Part shown: positions 29,424 to 36,565 of the stretch, in pieces
Layout: each line of letters starts with the position of its first letter
How positions within the stretch are numbered: position 1 is the stretch's first letter
DNA from: a virus
Virus record (IMG/VR): IMGVR_UViG_3300017963_000014
Span: 37,797 to 101,796 of that record
Reading direction: 5' to 3' (one strand)
Length of the DNA: 64,000 nucleotides
The notes under the pieces: generated by a model
What the model saw: only the letters and a program-made list of their open reading frames with translations
Told to the model about the DNA's origin: nothing
The model's database searches: none
Position numbers and translations under genes: made by a program

Positions 29424-30152
29424 ATGCGAAGCGAGATCGCCGCGGAGCGCGACGAGGTCCCCGAGCGGACGGAGGATGCGCTCGAGGAGGGTCGCCCGGT
29501 CCCGGCCCGGTCCCGGGCTCTAGAGGTCGCCCGGCGGGGGTTCCGGAGGTTCGCCCCGAACCAGGAGCCGAACGAGCGGAAGCTCGCGATCGCGCAGTAC
29601 CGGGCCTGCCGCGCCCTCCTCTGGACGCGCGAGCAGATCCTCGAGGAGACCGGTTGGTCGCGGCAGTGGCTAGCGTCCGTCGAGCGCCTCGCCCGGGAGG
29701 AGGACTCGGTCCTCCTCGAGAAGGGGGCGGACCCGGTCGAGATCTTCACCGAGTACCGGGAGGCGCAGCTCCTCGCCGCGCGCGAGCTCGAGGACCTCGC
29801 GCAGATCTTCCGGAGCTCGAAGCAGTTCTCGGCGCTCGTCGGCGCGGTCAAGGCGCGGTCGGAGATACTCGACAAGATCATCAAGACCGGGCAGGAGCTC
29901 GGGCTGATACGGCGGGCGGCGAAGGAGATCCGGGTCCGGGGGAAGGTGAACTACGAGACGAAGACGATCAAGGAGCTCCGGCTCCTCCTCCGCGGGGAGT
30001 TCGAGGAGATGCAGCGCCTGATCCGCGCCCCCGGCGAGGTCGTCTCCGGCCCCGCCGCCGCCGTCCTCCGGCGGGTCCTCCCCCCGGCGAACGCGGAGTC
30101 CGCGGTAAATCCGTCCCGGAAGAAACCACGGGTAAAGAAACTCGCCGGTTAA
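29424..30152 (+). CDS. Probable terminase small subunit (divergent from TerL)
   Basis: GGAGG RBS; HTH-like WTREQILEETGWSRQWL, helical middle and IIKTGQELGLI segment; adjacent to TerL and no other TerS candidate seen. Confidence 0.55.
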   Translation: MRSEIAAERDEVPERTEDALEEGRPVPARSRALEVARRGFRRFAPNQEPNERKLAIAQYRACRALLWTREQILEETGWSRQWLASVERLAREEDSVLLEKGADPVEIFTEYREAQLLAARELEDLAQIFRSSKQFSALVGAVKARSEILDKIIKTGQELGLIRRAAKEIRVRGKVNYETKTIKELRLLLRGEFEEMQRLIRAPGEVVSGPAAAVLRRVLPPANAESAVNPSRKKPRVKKLAG

Positions 30153-30170
30153 CTCCGCGTCCCACCCGAA

Positions 30171-30386
30171 CTAACTTAGACCGTAGGAGGTCTCGCAGCG
30201 GAGCCAGCGGGGGCGGGGGGCCGGGTCCGTCGCGCGAAACGGTAGCGCCGGGTCGAGCTCGCGCGCGAGCGCGCGCTCCGCGCGGAGGAGGGCGTCGTCG
30301 AGCCGCCGGCGGGGTCCCGGGCGCCGGAGGAGAGCGCCGCGGGCGAGGCGGACCGCGCGGAGGGCGCGGCGGAGGTCGGCGCTCAC
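30171..30386 (-). CDS. Hypothetical protein
   Basis: GTG start overlapping the upstream TGA; 71 aa. Confidence 0.45.
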   Translation of the reverse strand: MSADLRRALRAVRLARGALLRRPGPRRRLDDALLRAERALARELDPALPFRATDPAPRPRWLRCETSYGLS

Positions 30387-30625
30387 GAGAGCCCCCGGAC
30401 GAGCCCGTCGAGGAGGGCGTTCAGCTCGCCGAGGAGCTCGGCGTCCCCGCCGCGGTCGGGGTGGAGCGCGCGGTTCACCCGCCGCTGGAGCGCCCGGAGC
30501 CCCGGGACGTCGAGGACCCCCCGGAGCCGCGCGCGGGCCCCGACGAGCCCGCGGAGGAACTCGAGCTCGCGCCGGGTCGCGCGGATCGACTCGACCGCGC
30601 GGGCGACCTCGTCCCCGGGGGTCAC
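30383..30625 (-). CDS. Small protein with J-domain HPD motif
   Basis: LQRRVNRALHPDRGGDAELLGELNA. Confidence 0.6.
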   Translation of the reverse strand: MTPGDEVARAVESIRATRRELEFLRGLVGARARLRGVLDVPGLRALQRRVNRALHPDRGGDAELLGELNALLDGLVRGLS

Positions 30626-30921
30626 GACGCGACCCCGAGCCGGGCGGGGAGCTCCTCGAGCGCGAACGCGAGGAGCGCCTCCCGGACGCGCTCGAGCGCG
30701 CCCCCGGCGGTCGGGGGCGGAGGAGCGGGGCGGCGACGCTCCGCCGCGTCGAGCCGGCGGACGAGCTCCGCGACCTCGCGGTCGACCCGACGGAGCCCCG
30801 CGAGCCCGTGCTCGACCTCCCAGCGGAGGTTCCCGACGTTCTCCGCCGCGGACTTCCCCGCCCCGAGGCTCTCGCGGAGGACCGCGGCGAGCTCGAGGAC
30901 CTCGGTACGAAGATCGGACAT
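30622..30921 (-). CDS. Hypothetical protein
   Basis: 99 aa, AAGGAGG RBS. Confidence 0.6.
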   Translation of the reverse strand: MSDLRTEVLELAAVLRESLGAGKSAAENVGNLRWEVEHGLAGLRRVDREVAELVRRLDAAERRRPAPPPPTAGGALERVREALLAFALEELPARLGVAS

Positions 30922-31006
30922 CCTAGACCTCCTTCCGGGTCCCGGCGACCCGCCGGGGCCCCCTCGGGGGAGGGGAGCCCGGCCGACCGCCGGTCGACCC
31001 CGCGAG

Positions 31007-31417
31007 CTACCGCTCCGCCGAGCCGGTCAGCTCGACCCAGGCCGGCTCGGAGTCGTTCCGGTAGGTACCGGCGGAGACCGCGGCGAGTCCGGCCCGGTAG
31101 CCCGCGGCGTACCAGAAGTTCGCCTCCGCGGAGACCGTCCGCGTCGTCTGCGGGCCGCGCTCGACCACCTCCCGGGCGCCGGACTTCAGCGTCCCGTCGA
31201 GGTGCGCGTCGTGGTACCCCCAGTTGAAGCGGATCCGCGGGTGGGTCAGGTCCGCCGCGCCGCTCCCGCGACAGGAGGAGCAGGTCCCGCGGCCGCGGCG
31301 ACCGGTCCCGCGGCAGGCGGGGCAGCGGGAGTCGCGGGCGAGGCGGGCGGAGAGGGTCGGGGAAGAGGTAGTCATCGCGGCCTCCTTCGGGGTTTCGGTC
31401 TTTTTCGTCGTCGTCAT
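31007..31417 (-). CDS. Early protein with DnaJ-type CxxCxGxG zinc finger
   Basis: CPACRGTG...CSSCRGSG. Leaderless start at 31417 (MTTTKKT) and an alternative AAGGAGG-led ATG at 31375. Confidence 0.65.
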   Translation of the reverse strand: MTTTKKTETPKEAAMTTSSPTLSARLARDSRCPACRGTGRRGRGTCSSCRGSGAADLTHPRIRFNWGYHDAHLDGTLKSGAREVVERGPQTTRTVSAEANFWYAAGYRAGLAAVSAGTYRNDSEPAWVELTGSAER

Positions 31418-31483
31418 AATTATATCTTATCATCTAGAAAGTATTTGTCCAGAGGAAAAGTGCCTCCCCCGCGATTTTTTTTT
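31391..31483 (-). promoter_or_regulatory. Early promoter cassette copy 1
   Basis: A-tract, TGGACA (31451-31446), 16 nt, TGnTAAGAT (-10 at 31429-31424), 6 nt, ATG. Confidence 0.8.
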
Positions 31484-31486
31484 CGC

Positions 31487-31687
31487 CTACTCCCCGCGGG
31501 CCCGCTCGATCGAGCGGTTGCAGAACTCGCGCCGGACGAGGCGCGCGAGCCGGCGGGCGTCCGCCTCCGGCCAGTCGAGGCGGAAGTGCCCCTCGAGCGC
31601 CCCCCGGGGGAGCATCCCAAGCCCGACGGCGTCGGCGACGTCCCGGACGAGCTCGGCGACGGCGGGGTTCCACGGTCGGTCTTCCAT
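31487..31687 (-). CDS. Hypothetical protein
   Basis: 66 aa, GGAGG RBS. Confidence 0.55.
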   Translation of the reverse strand: MEDRPWNPAVAELVRDVADAVGLGMLPRGALEGHFRLDWPEADARRLARLVRREFCNRSIERARGE

Positions 31688-31726
31688 CTCGAACCTCCCT
31701 CCGGCGGGGCGTTCCCCCGCCCGCGG

Positions 31727-32035
31727 TCAGAGCAGCGAGGCGCGGGCGTCGACCCCCGCCTCGAGCTCCGCGTCCGTCGACTCGAGGAAGCACTCGTCGA
31801 CCCCCTCGTCGAGGTACCCCTCCGCCAGCGCGCGGAGCTCCCGGGCGGAGGCGACCGCGACGAACCGCTCGCCGCCCCGGAGCGGGTAGGCGAAGGCGAC
31901 CTCCCCGAGGGGGGTCCGGGCGACGTGCGTGCAGGGACCGCCGGTCGCGTACTCCGCGCGGATCGTAACCTCCGCGTCGCGGTAGCGTTCGTGGCGACCG
32001 GAGGCGTCGAACTTCTCGAAGCGCAGCTTACCCAT
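31727..32035 (-). CDS. Hypothetical protein
   Basis: MGKLRFEKF start at 32035 with GGAGG RBS. Confidence 0.55.
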   Translation of the reverse strand: MGKLRFEKFDASGRHERYRDAEVTIRAEYATGGPCTHVARTPLGEVAFAYPLRGGERFVAVASARELRALAEGYLDEGVDECFLESTDAELEAGVDARASLL

Positions 32036-32336
32036 CGGAGACCTCCTCCGAGGGAACCCGACGGACGCCGGCGCAGAAGTCGCAGGTCCCCCCGGGGAGG
32101 GAGCGACAGTAGCAGGCGCGGTCGAGCGCCTCGGCGTCGAAGGGAAGGAACTCCTCGAGGGTAGGTTCCCAGCGCTCGGGGTCGAGGAGCGGGGTCGTCC
32201 CGAGCCAGGCCCCGCCGCGGACGGGGGCGGAGTACCAGAGCGGAGCACCTGGAGGGAAGAGGTAGACCCGGGAGTCGCGGAAGACGACCCGGAAACCGGC
32301 GGCGCGGTAGCGCGCGGCGTTCGTAAGCTCCGTCAT
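32028..32336 (-). CDS. Hypothetical protein with C-terminal CxC..CxxC
   Basis: MTELTNAARY start at 32336 with AAGGAGG RBS. Confidence 0.55.
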   Translation of the reverse strand: MTELTNAARYRAAGFRVVFRDSRVYLFPPGAPLWYSAPVRGGAWLGTTPLLDPERWEPTLEEFLPFDAEALDRACYCRSLPGGTCDFCAGVRRVPSEEVSDG

Positions 32337-32554
32337 AGCGGACCTCCTTCGCTTCGTAACGACTCCAGAGCATCGGGGCTCACCCAACCGAGGCGCGGGA
32401 GGTAGTCCCAGCGGGCGCCCCGGAGGAGCCGCCCCGCGTACCTCGGCGCCGCGTACCCGCGCTCGACGCGGTCGGAGAGCGCGCAGCAGACGCGGAAGGA
32501 GCGGACCCCCGCGGGCGAGCGGGAGAACTCGAGGCGACCGGGTTTACTCGGCAT
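32333..32554 (-). CDS. Hypothetical protein
   Basis: 73 aa, translationally coupled to neighbours. Confidence 0.5.
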   Translation of the reverse strand: MPSKPGRLEFSRSPAGVRSFRVCCALSDRVERGYAAPRYAGRLLRGARWDYLPRLGWVSPDALESLRSEGGPL

Positions 32555-32556
32555 CT

Positions 32557-32829
32557 CTACCTACCTTTCCCCGCCGCGCGGCGGCAGGAGTTCGAACCGT
32601 ACCAGAGCCCGGCGCGGTAGAGCGCGGGGGCGCAGAAGCGGGACCCGCGCGAGAGCGCGGGGATCCCGGAGCGCCTCGAGTACTCCTCCCGGCGGGCGAG
32701 GAGGTCGCTCGAACGCTCGCCCCGCGGCGGGAGGGAGCGGGTCTCGCGGTAGGTCTCCCGCTCGTCGCTCGCCATAAAAGGGCCGCCCCAGTTCTGCTTC
32801 GTCGCGGCGTCGAACTCGCGCTTCGTCAT
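32557..32829 (-). CDS. Hypothetical early protein
   Basis: 90 aa, first gene after promoter cassette 2. Confidence 0.55.
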   Translation of the reverse strand: MTKREFDAATKQNWGGPFMASDERETYRETRSLPPRGERSSDLLARREEYSRRSGIPALSRGSRFCAPALYRAGLWYGSNSCRRAAGKGR

Positions 32830-32847
32830 CGGCTTCCCCCGGCTCTC

Positions 32848-32946
32848 GGTTTCGGTCTTTTTCGTCGTCGTTATAATTATATCTTATCAGATAGAAAGTA
32901 TTTGTCCAGAGGAAAACGCACCTCCGTACAAATTATTTTCTGTACG
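32848..32946 (-). promoter_or_regulatory. Early promoter cassette copy 2
   Basis: TGGACA (32908-32903), 16 nt, TGnTAAGAT (32886-32881); ATA in place of ATG; AT-rich upstream element. Confidence 0.8.
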
Positions 32947-32971
32947 GGGAAAGGCTAGCTAGCGAAGGGAG

Positions 32972-33451
32972 TTAGCGGTCGTAGCGGATCGTCTTCGCGG
33001 GGCCCGGGCGGGCGAGGACGACGACGGACTCGTTCCGGTCGGTCGCGCTCTTAATCCGGTAGTTCCCGCGGCGGGTCAGCTTCGAGACGCGGCGGACGAC
33101 GAAGCGCCCGGCGCCGGGGCGGCGCTCGCGGCGGAGGCGCCAGGCGAGCCCCTCGGCGCTCGAGACGGTCCGCGCGGAGGTCGGGACGCGGACGCGGGCG
33201 GCGCGGTTCGACTTCCGGACGACCGCGGGGTAGACGAGGTCGGTCCGCGCCCGGTTCTGGACGAGGAACTCGACGCTCGCGCCCGAGCGGCTCTCGCCGC
33301 TCCGGACGACGCGGACGTTCGTCGAGAGCCCCGCCCTCCGGAGCGCGGAGAGGATCGGGGCGCGACCCCAGCGGCCGTCGAGGCACCTCGCCTCCGCCGC
33401 GGGCGAGGGTAAGAGGGCGAGGAGGAGGATAGGTGAGACGAATCTACGCAT
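32972..33451 (-). CDS. Putative secreted basic protein
   Basis: AAGGAG RBS; signal-peptide-like MRRFVSPILLLALLPSPAAEA; 159 aa, Arg-rich. Confidence 0.6.
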   Translation of the reverse strand: MRRFVSPILLLALLPSPAAEARCLDGRWGRAPILSALRRAGLSTNVRVVRSGESRSGASVEFLVQNRARTDLVYPAVVRKSNRAARVRVPTSARTVSSAEGLAWRLRRERRPGAGRFVVRRVSKLTRRGNYRIKSATDRNESVVVLARPGPAKTIRYDR

Positions 33452-33569
33452 GGCCGGACTCTCCTTTCGGGTTAGGCGCCGGGGGTTAGCTAGAACCGGG
33501 CCACCCCGGAGGGGCGCGGAATCGCGGGACCCGGGGGCTCTAGCCCCCTCCGGTTCCCGGAGAGTCGGC

Positions 33570-33812
33570 TTACGGAGCGGCGGCTCGGCGGACGCGGCGG
33601 GGGCGGCGGTCGCGGTAGGCGCGGGGGAGCCAGGCGTCGGCGTCCGAGCGGCGGACGACCCAGAACTCGCCGACGCGGGTCGCGCGGAGCCGCCCCTCCT
33701 TAATCGCCCCGAGTACCGCGGGGCGGGAGACGCCGCGGAGCGCGGCGACCTCGGAGACGGAGAGGAGCTCCGGCTCGCGTTTCCTAGGCTTCCTCGGGCT
33801 CTTCCTCGGCAC
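33570..33812 (-). CDS. Excisionase-like HTH DNA-binding protein (HTH_17 type)
   Basis: LLSVSEVAALRGVSRPAVLGAIKEGRLRATRVGEFWVVRRSD. Confidence 0.85.
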   Translation of the reverse strand: MPRKSPRKPRKREPELLSVSEVAALRGVSRPAVLGAIKEGRLRATRVGEFWVVRRSDADAWLPRAYRDRRPRRVRRAAAP

Positions 33813-33834
33813 GATTCCCTCACTTTCTCCTCCT

Positions 33835-33863
33835 ATCTTAGCGAACGGAAAGCGGGGAGTAAA
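33835..33863 (-). promoter_or_regulatory. Sigma70-type promoter of the Xis-like gene
   Basis: TTTACT, 17 nt, TAAGAT; back-to-back with cassette 3. Confidence 0.65.
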
Positions 33864-33873
33864 GGGGTCTGCG

Positions 33874-33960
33874 AAAAAAATCCCGCTCCCGGGTCGCTTT
33901 CCCCTTTACAAATACTTTCTATCTGATAAGATATAATTATGACGACGACGAAAAAGACCG
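33874..33960 (+). promoter_or_regulatory. Early promoter cassette copy 3
   Basis: A7 tract, TTTACA (33905-33910), 16 nt, TGnTAAGAT (33927-33932), 6 nt, ATG at 33939. Confidence 0.8.
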
Positions 33961-34139
33961 CGAACGATAAGGCGAACGAGGCGTTAGGTTACTTCGTCCG
34001 GAACAGCGAGCTCCCGACCGGTACCCCGACCTCCCCCGACGTCGCGGAGGCGGTCGAGAACTTCGACGGGTCGACCGCCGCCGAGAACTACCTCTGGAGT
34101 TCCCTCGAGACCGCGTTCTCGAACGCGGAAGGAGAGTAG
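33939..34139 (+). CDS. Leaderless early protein (MTTTKKT...)
   Basis: 66 aa; no Shine-Dalgarno; its end carries the RBS of the next gene. Confidence 0.65.
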   Translation: MTTTKKTANDKANEALGYFVRNSELPTGTPTSPDVAEAVENFDGSTAAENYLWSSLETAFSNAEGE

Positions 34140-34142
34140 AAG

Positions 34143-34538
34143 ATGAGCGAGATCGCCTACGGCGCGAAGTACGACCGCTCCCTCTCGACGACCGAGATCG
34201 CCCGCCGCTTCCGCGCGGACGTCGCGGCGGAGAAGAAGGCCGGACGCCTCCCGCGGGAGCTGAAGCTCTCCGTTAAGACCCGCTACTACTCCGGCGGGAG
34301 CTCGATCGACGTCCGGATAAAGGGCCTCCCCGCGGGCTTCCCGGTCCGGAACCGCGAGGTCGCGCCGACGGCGGGGACGCTCCGGTTCGCGCCCGAGCTC
34401 CGGGAGCTGAAGGAGCGGCTCCAGGGCCTGCTCGACGCCTATAACTTCGACGGGTCCGACTCGATGACCGATTACTTCCACGTTAACTTCTACGGCTGGG
34501 TCGAGGTCGACTCGAGACTGGAGGCCGACGATGCCTAG
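34143..34538 (+). CDS. LPD29-like (large polyvalent protein domain) protein
   Basis: KLSVKTRYYSGGSSIDV...AYNFDGSDSMTDYFHVNFY. Confidence 0.65.
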   Translation: MSEIAYGAKYDRSLSTTEIARRFRADVAAEKKAGRLPRELKLSVKTRYYSGGSSIDVRIKGLPAGFPVRNREVAPTAGTLRFAPELRELKERLQGLLDAYNFDGSDSMTDYFHVNFYGWVEVDSRLEADDA

Positions 34539-34767
34539 ACCCCCTCGCCTCTCCTTCCGGCCCGACGCCCGCGTCGAGGTCCTCGCCGACGACGGCTCGG
34601 TCTACCTCGACGGGAATCTAATCGGCGCCGTCTCCCGGACCCGCCGGGGCTTCCGCCCGCTCCTCCTCTCGACGCGGACGCCGGCGGGGTCGACGCACTT
34701 CCCGACGTTCCGCGCGGCGCTCGAGGTCGTGCTCCGGAACTCGGGGGTAGAGCTGGACGATCTCTAA
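34531..34767 (+). CDS. Hypothetical protein
   Basis: 78 aa, GGAGG RBS. Confidence 0.55.
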   Translation: MPRPPRLSFRPDARVEVLADDGSVYLDGNLIGAVSRTRRGFRPLLLSTRTPAGSTHFPTFRAALEVVLRNSGVELDDL

Positions 34768-34856
34768 AAAAATCGCGGGGGAGGCGCTTTTCCTCTGGAC
34801 AAATACTTTCTAGGTGATAAGATATAATTATGACGACGACGAAAAAGACCGAGACC
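34766..34856 (+). promoter_or_regulatory. Early promoter cassette copy 4
   Basis: A-tract, TGGACA (34796-34801), 16 nt, TGnTAAGAT (34818-34823), ATG at 34830; 3 mismatches to copy 1 over about 91 bp. Confidence 0.8.
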
Positions 34857-34973
34857 GAGACGAAAAAGCCCTCGAATTGCAAAATGACCCCGAAAAGCGC
34901 CCTACCCTGCGCACCCGGCGCTTGCTGGAGCTACGCGTTCTGCCCGCTGAGAAAGGAGACGAACGATGCCTAG
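34830..34973 (+). CDS. Leaderless 47-aa Cys-rich peptide (MTTTKKT...)
   Basis: Not in the ORF track: MTTTKKTETETKKPSNCKMTPKSALPCAPGACWSYAFCPLRKETNDA; stop overlaps the next gene's start region. Confidence 0.55.
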   Translation: MTTTKKTETETKKPSNCKMTPKSALPCAPGACWSYAFCPLRKETNDA

Positions 34974-35352
34974 CCCGAAGAAGATCCGGATCGAGGCCGA
35001 CTCCCTCCCCGCGCTCGCGGCCGCCCTAATCGCCGAGATCGAATCGGCGGCGGAGACGAACGCGGAGCGCGCGGAGGACGACTACGAAGCGACTCGGAGA
35101 AACTACGCCGCCGTCGCCGAGTTCGTCGGTACCCTTAGCGAGTACCGACCCTTCCTCGAGAGCTGCCTCGAGACCGCGCTCGAGAACGTCTCGGACTCGC
35201 AGGAGGCGATACGCGCGATCGAGGAGGAAGATCCGGACGAGGGCTGGGAACCCGCGCCGCAGTACGGCGTCCTTACTACCTGCCCGCGCTGCGGCGGCGT
35301 CCGCGACCGCGACCCGGGCGGAGGGATCTACTGCACGGAGTGCGGGCGGTGA
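34966..35352 (+). CDS. Hypothetical protein with C-terminal zinc ribbon
   Basis: AAGGAG RBS; CPRCGG...YCTECG. Confidence 0.65.
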   Translation: MPSPKKIRIEADSLPALAAALIAEIESAAETNAERAEDDYEATRRNYAAVAEFVGTLSEYRPFLESCLETALENVSDSQEAIRAIEEEDPDEGWEPAPQYGVLTTCPRCGGVRDRDPGGGIYCTECGR

Positions 35353-35600
35353 GCGCCCCGACCCTCCGGGAACTCCGTCGGGTAGCGGCGCCGGCCACGG
35401 TCGAGGACGACCGCCCGGCCGGTTGCTACCGCGCGACGGCTCCCAACGGCTACCGTTGGGAGCCGGGACTCCACGAGCTCGTCGCCTGGTACGAGGTCCC
35501 GTTCTTCGCGGCGGAGGCGCGCGAGGCGCTCGCCGAAGACCTCCGCGGTAGGACGCCGGAGATCTGCGACGACCCAGACTGCGACTGGTGCGAACGATGA
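35349..35600 (+). CDS. Hypothetical protein
   Basis: GTGA-coupled start; C-terminal CDDPDCDWC. Confidence 0.55.
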   Translation: MSAPTLRELRRVAAPATVEDDRPAGCYRATAPNGYRWEPGLHELVAWYEVPFFAAEAREALAEDLRGRTPEICDDPDCDWCER

Positions 35601-35851
35601 AAGTAAATCACCGGAACGCCGAGGGGATCTGGTACGAGGGCGCGAACGGTTGGTTCGCCGCCCTGAAGCCGGGTCTCTGCACGGAGCCCGGGCTCCACTC
35701 CGCGCACTCCGACGAGAGCCTCCCGAGGAGAGAGGGCCTCCGGGACCTCCTCCGGAAGCTCGACGGGGCGCGCCTCTGCCGCTGCGCGGACTGCCTCGCC
35801 TTCGACCCGAACCCCGGGGACGACGACCCCGGAGGAGACCTCCTACCGTGA
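35597..35851 (+). CDS. Hypothetical protein
   Basis: ATGA-coupled; CRCADC motif. Confidence 0.55.
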   Translation: MKVNHRNAEGIWYEGANGWFAALKPGLCTEPGLHSAHSDESLPRREGLRDLLRKLDGARLCRCADCLAFDPNPGDDDPGGDLLP

Positions 35852-36054
35852 AGACCCCGAGCGAGGAGACCGCCTGGAGGCGGAAGAACGCCCACCGCCG
35901 CTGCCCCGGTTGCGGCGCCTACTCCCTCGAGCGGGTCCCGGGCGAACGCCTGAACCCCGAGACCCACTTCCCGGGGGTCGTCTACCGCGTCTGCGGCGGC
36001 TGCGGGTGGGAGTCGCCCGTCCGCCCGCGGAGGCGACGCGGGGGGCTACCGTGA
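35848..36054 (+). CDS. Small zinc-ribbon protein
   Basis: GTGA-coupled, GGAGG RBS; CPGCG...CGGCG. Confidence 0.55.
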   Translation: MKTPSEETAWRRKNAHRRCPGCGAYSLERVPGERLNPETHFPGVVYRVCGGCGWESPVRPRRRRGGLP

Positions 36055-36347
36055 GCCGCTCCGCCCCCTCCGCGCCCCGCTTCTGCCGCGGCGCCTTCGA
36101 GCTCGTCCCGAACCTCCGCGTCCGCTGCGCCTGCGGCGAGCCGACCCGGCTCCTCCGCCGGGGGCGGGTCTACCTCCTCCCGACCGGGCACGACTGCCCG
36201 GCGCGCCGGACGCAGGAGGATCTGCTCCGGACGCTCGCGCTCGAGGAGTCCGCGGGGGTCCGGGTAACGGAGGCGGAGGTCGACCGCCGCCTCCGCCGCT
36301 GGGGGCTCGGCGGCGACCTAATCTGGCGGTACCGCGACGAAGATTAA
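36051..36347 (+). CDS. Hypothetical protein
   Basis: GTGA-coupled; CACG...HDCP; last gene of the rightward unit. Confidence 0.5.
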   Translation: MSRSAPSAPRFCRGAFELVPNLRVRCACGEPTRLLRRGRVYLLPTGHDCPARRTQEDLLRTLALEESAGVRVTEAEVDRRLRRWGLGGDLIWRYRDED

Positions 36348-36565
36348 AGCAGCCCGCTCGAGCGCGGAGGGTTCCGGGTCGCGAAGACCGCCTCCGCTCT
36401 CGCCTCGCGGGGGTCCCGGTCCGCGATCCGCGGCGGGGCGCCCGCGAGTAGCTCCTCGTCCGGGTAATCCCCGACCGGGGGCGGAACCCCGAGGAGCTTC
36501 ACGAAGCCGAACTCGACCGCGCGACGGTAGGCGTCCGCGAGGAGGGCGGCGTCGGAGGGGTTCAC
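36344..36565 (-). CDS. Hypothetical protein
   Basis: 73 aa, GTGA-coupled. Confidence 0.45.
   Translation of the reverse strand: MNPSDAALLADAYRRAVEFGFVKLLGVPPPVGDYPDEELLAGAPPRIADRDPREARAEAVFATRNPPRSSGLL

Noticed and set aside
29303-32164. 953-aa plus-strand ORF
   Set aside because: Low-complexity Arg/Gly/Pro translation overlapping the TerS candidate out of frame and several RBS-led minus-strand genes.
31391-34856. Four repeats as a CRISPR array or transposon ends
   Set aside because: Spacing is 0.9-1.5 kb with mixed orientation, and no cas or transposase gene is present; promoter architecture explains them.
34814-35029. ORFs starting MIRYNYDDDEKDR (also 30171-31433)
   Set aside because: Alternative frame of the promoter cassette; the start codon lies within the extended -10 element and would not be transcribed.
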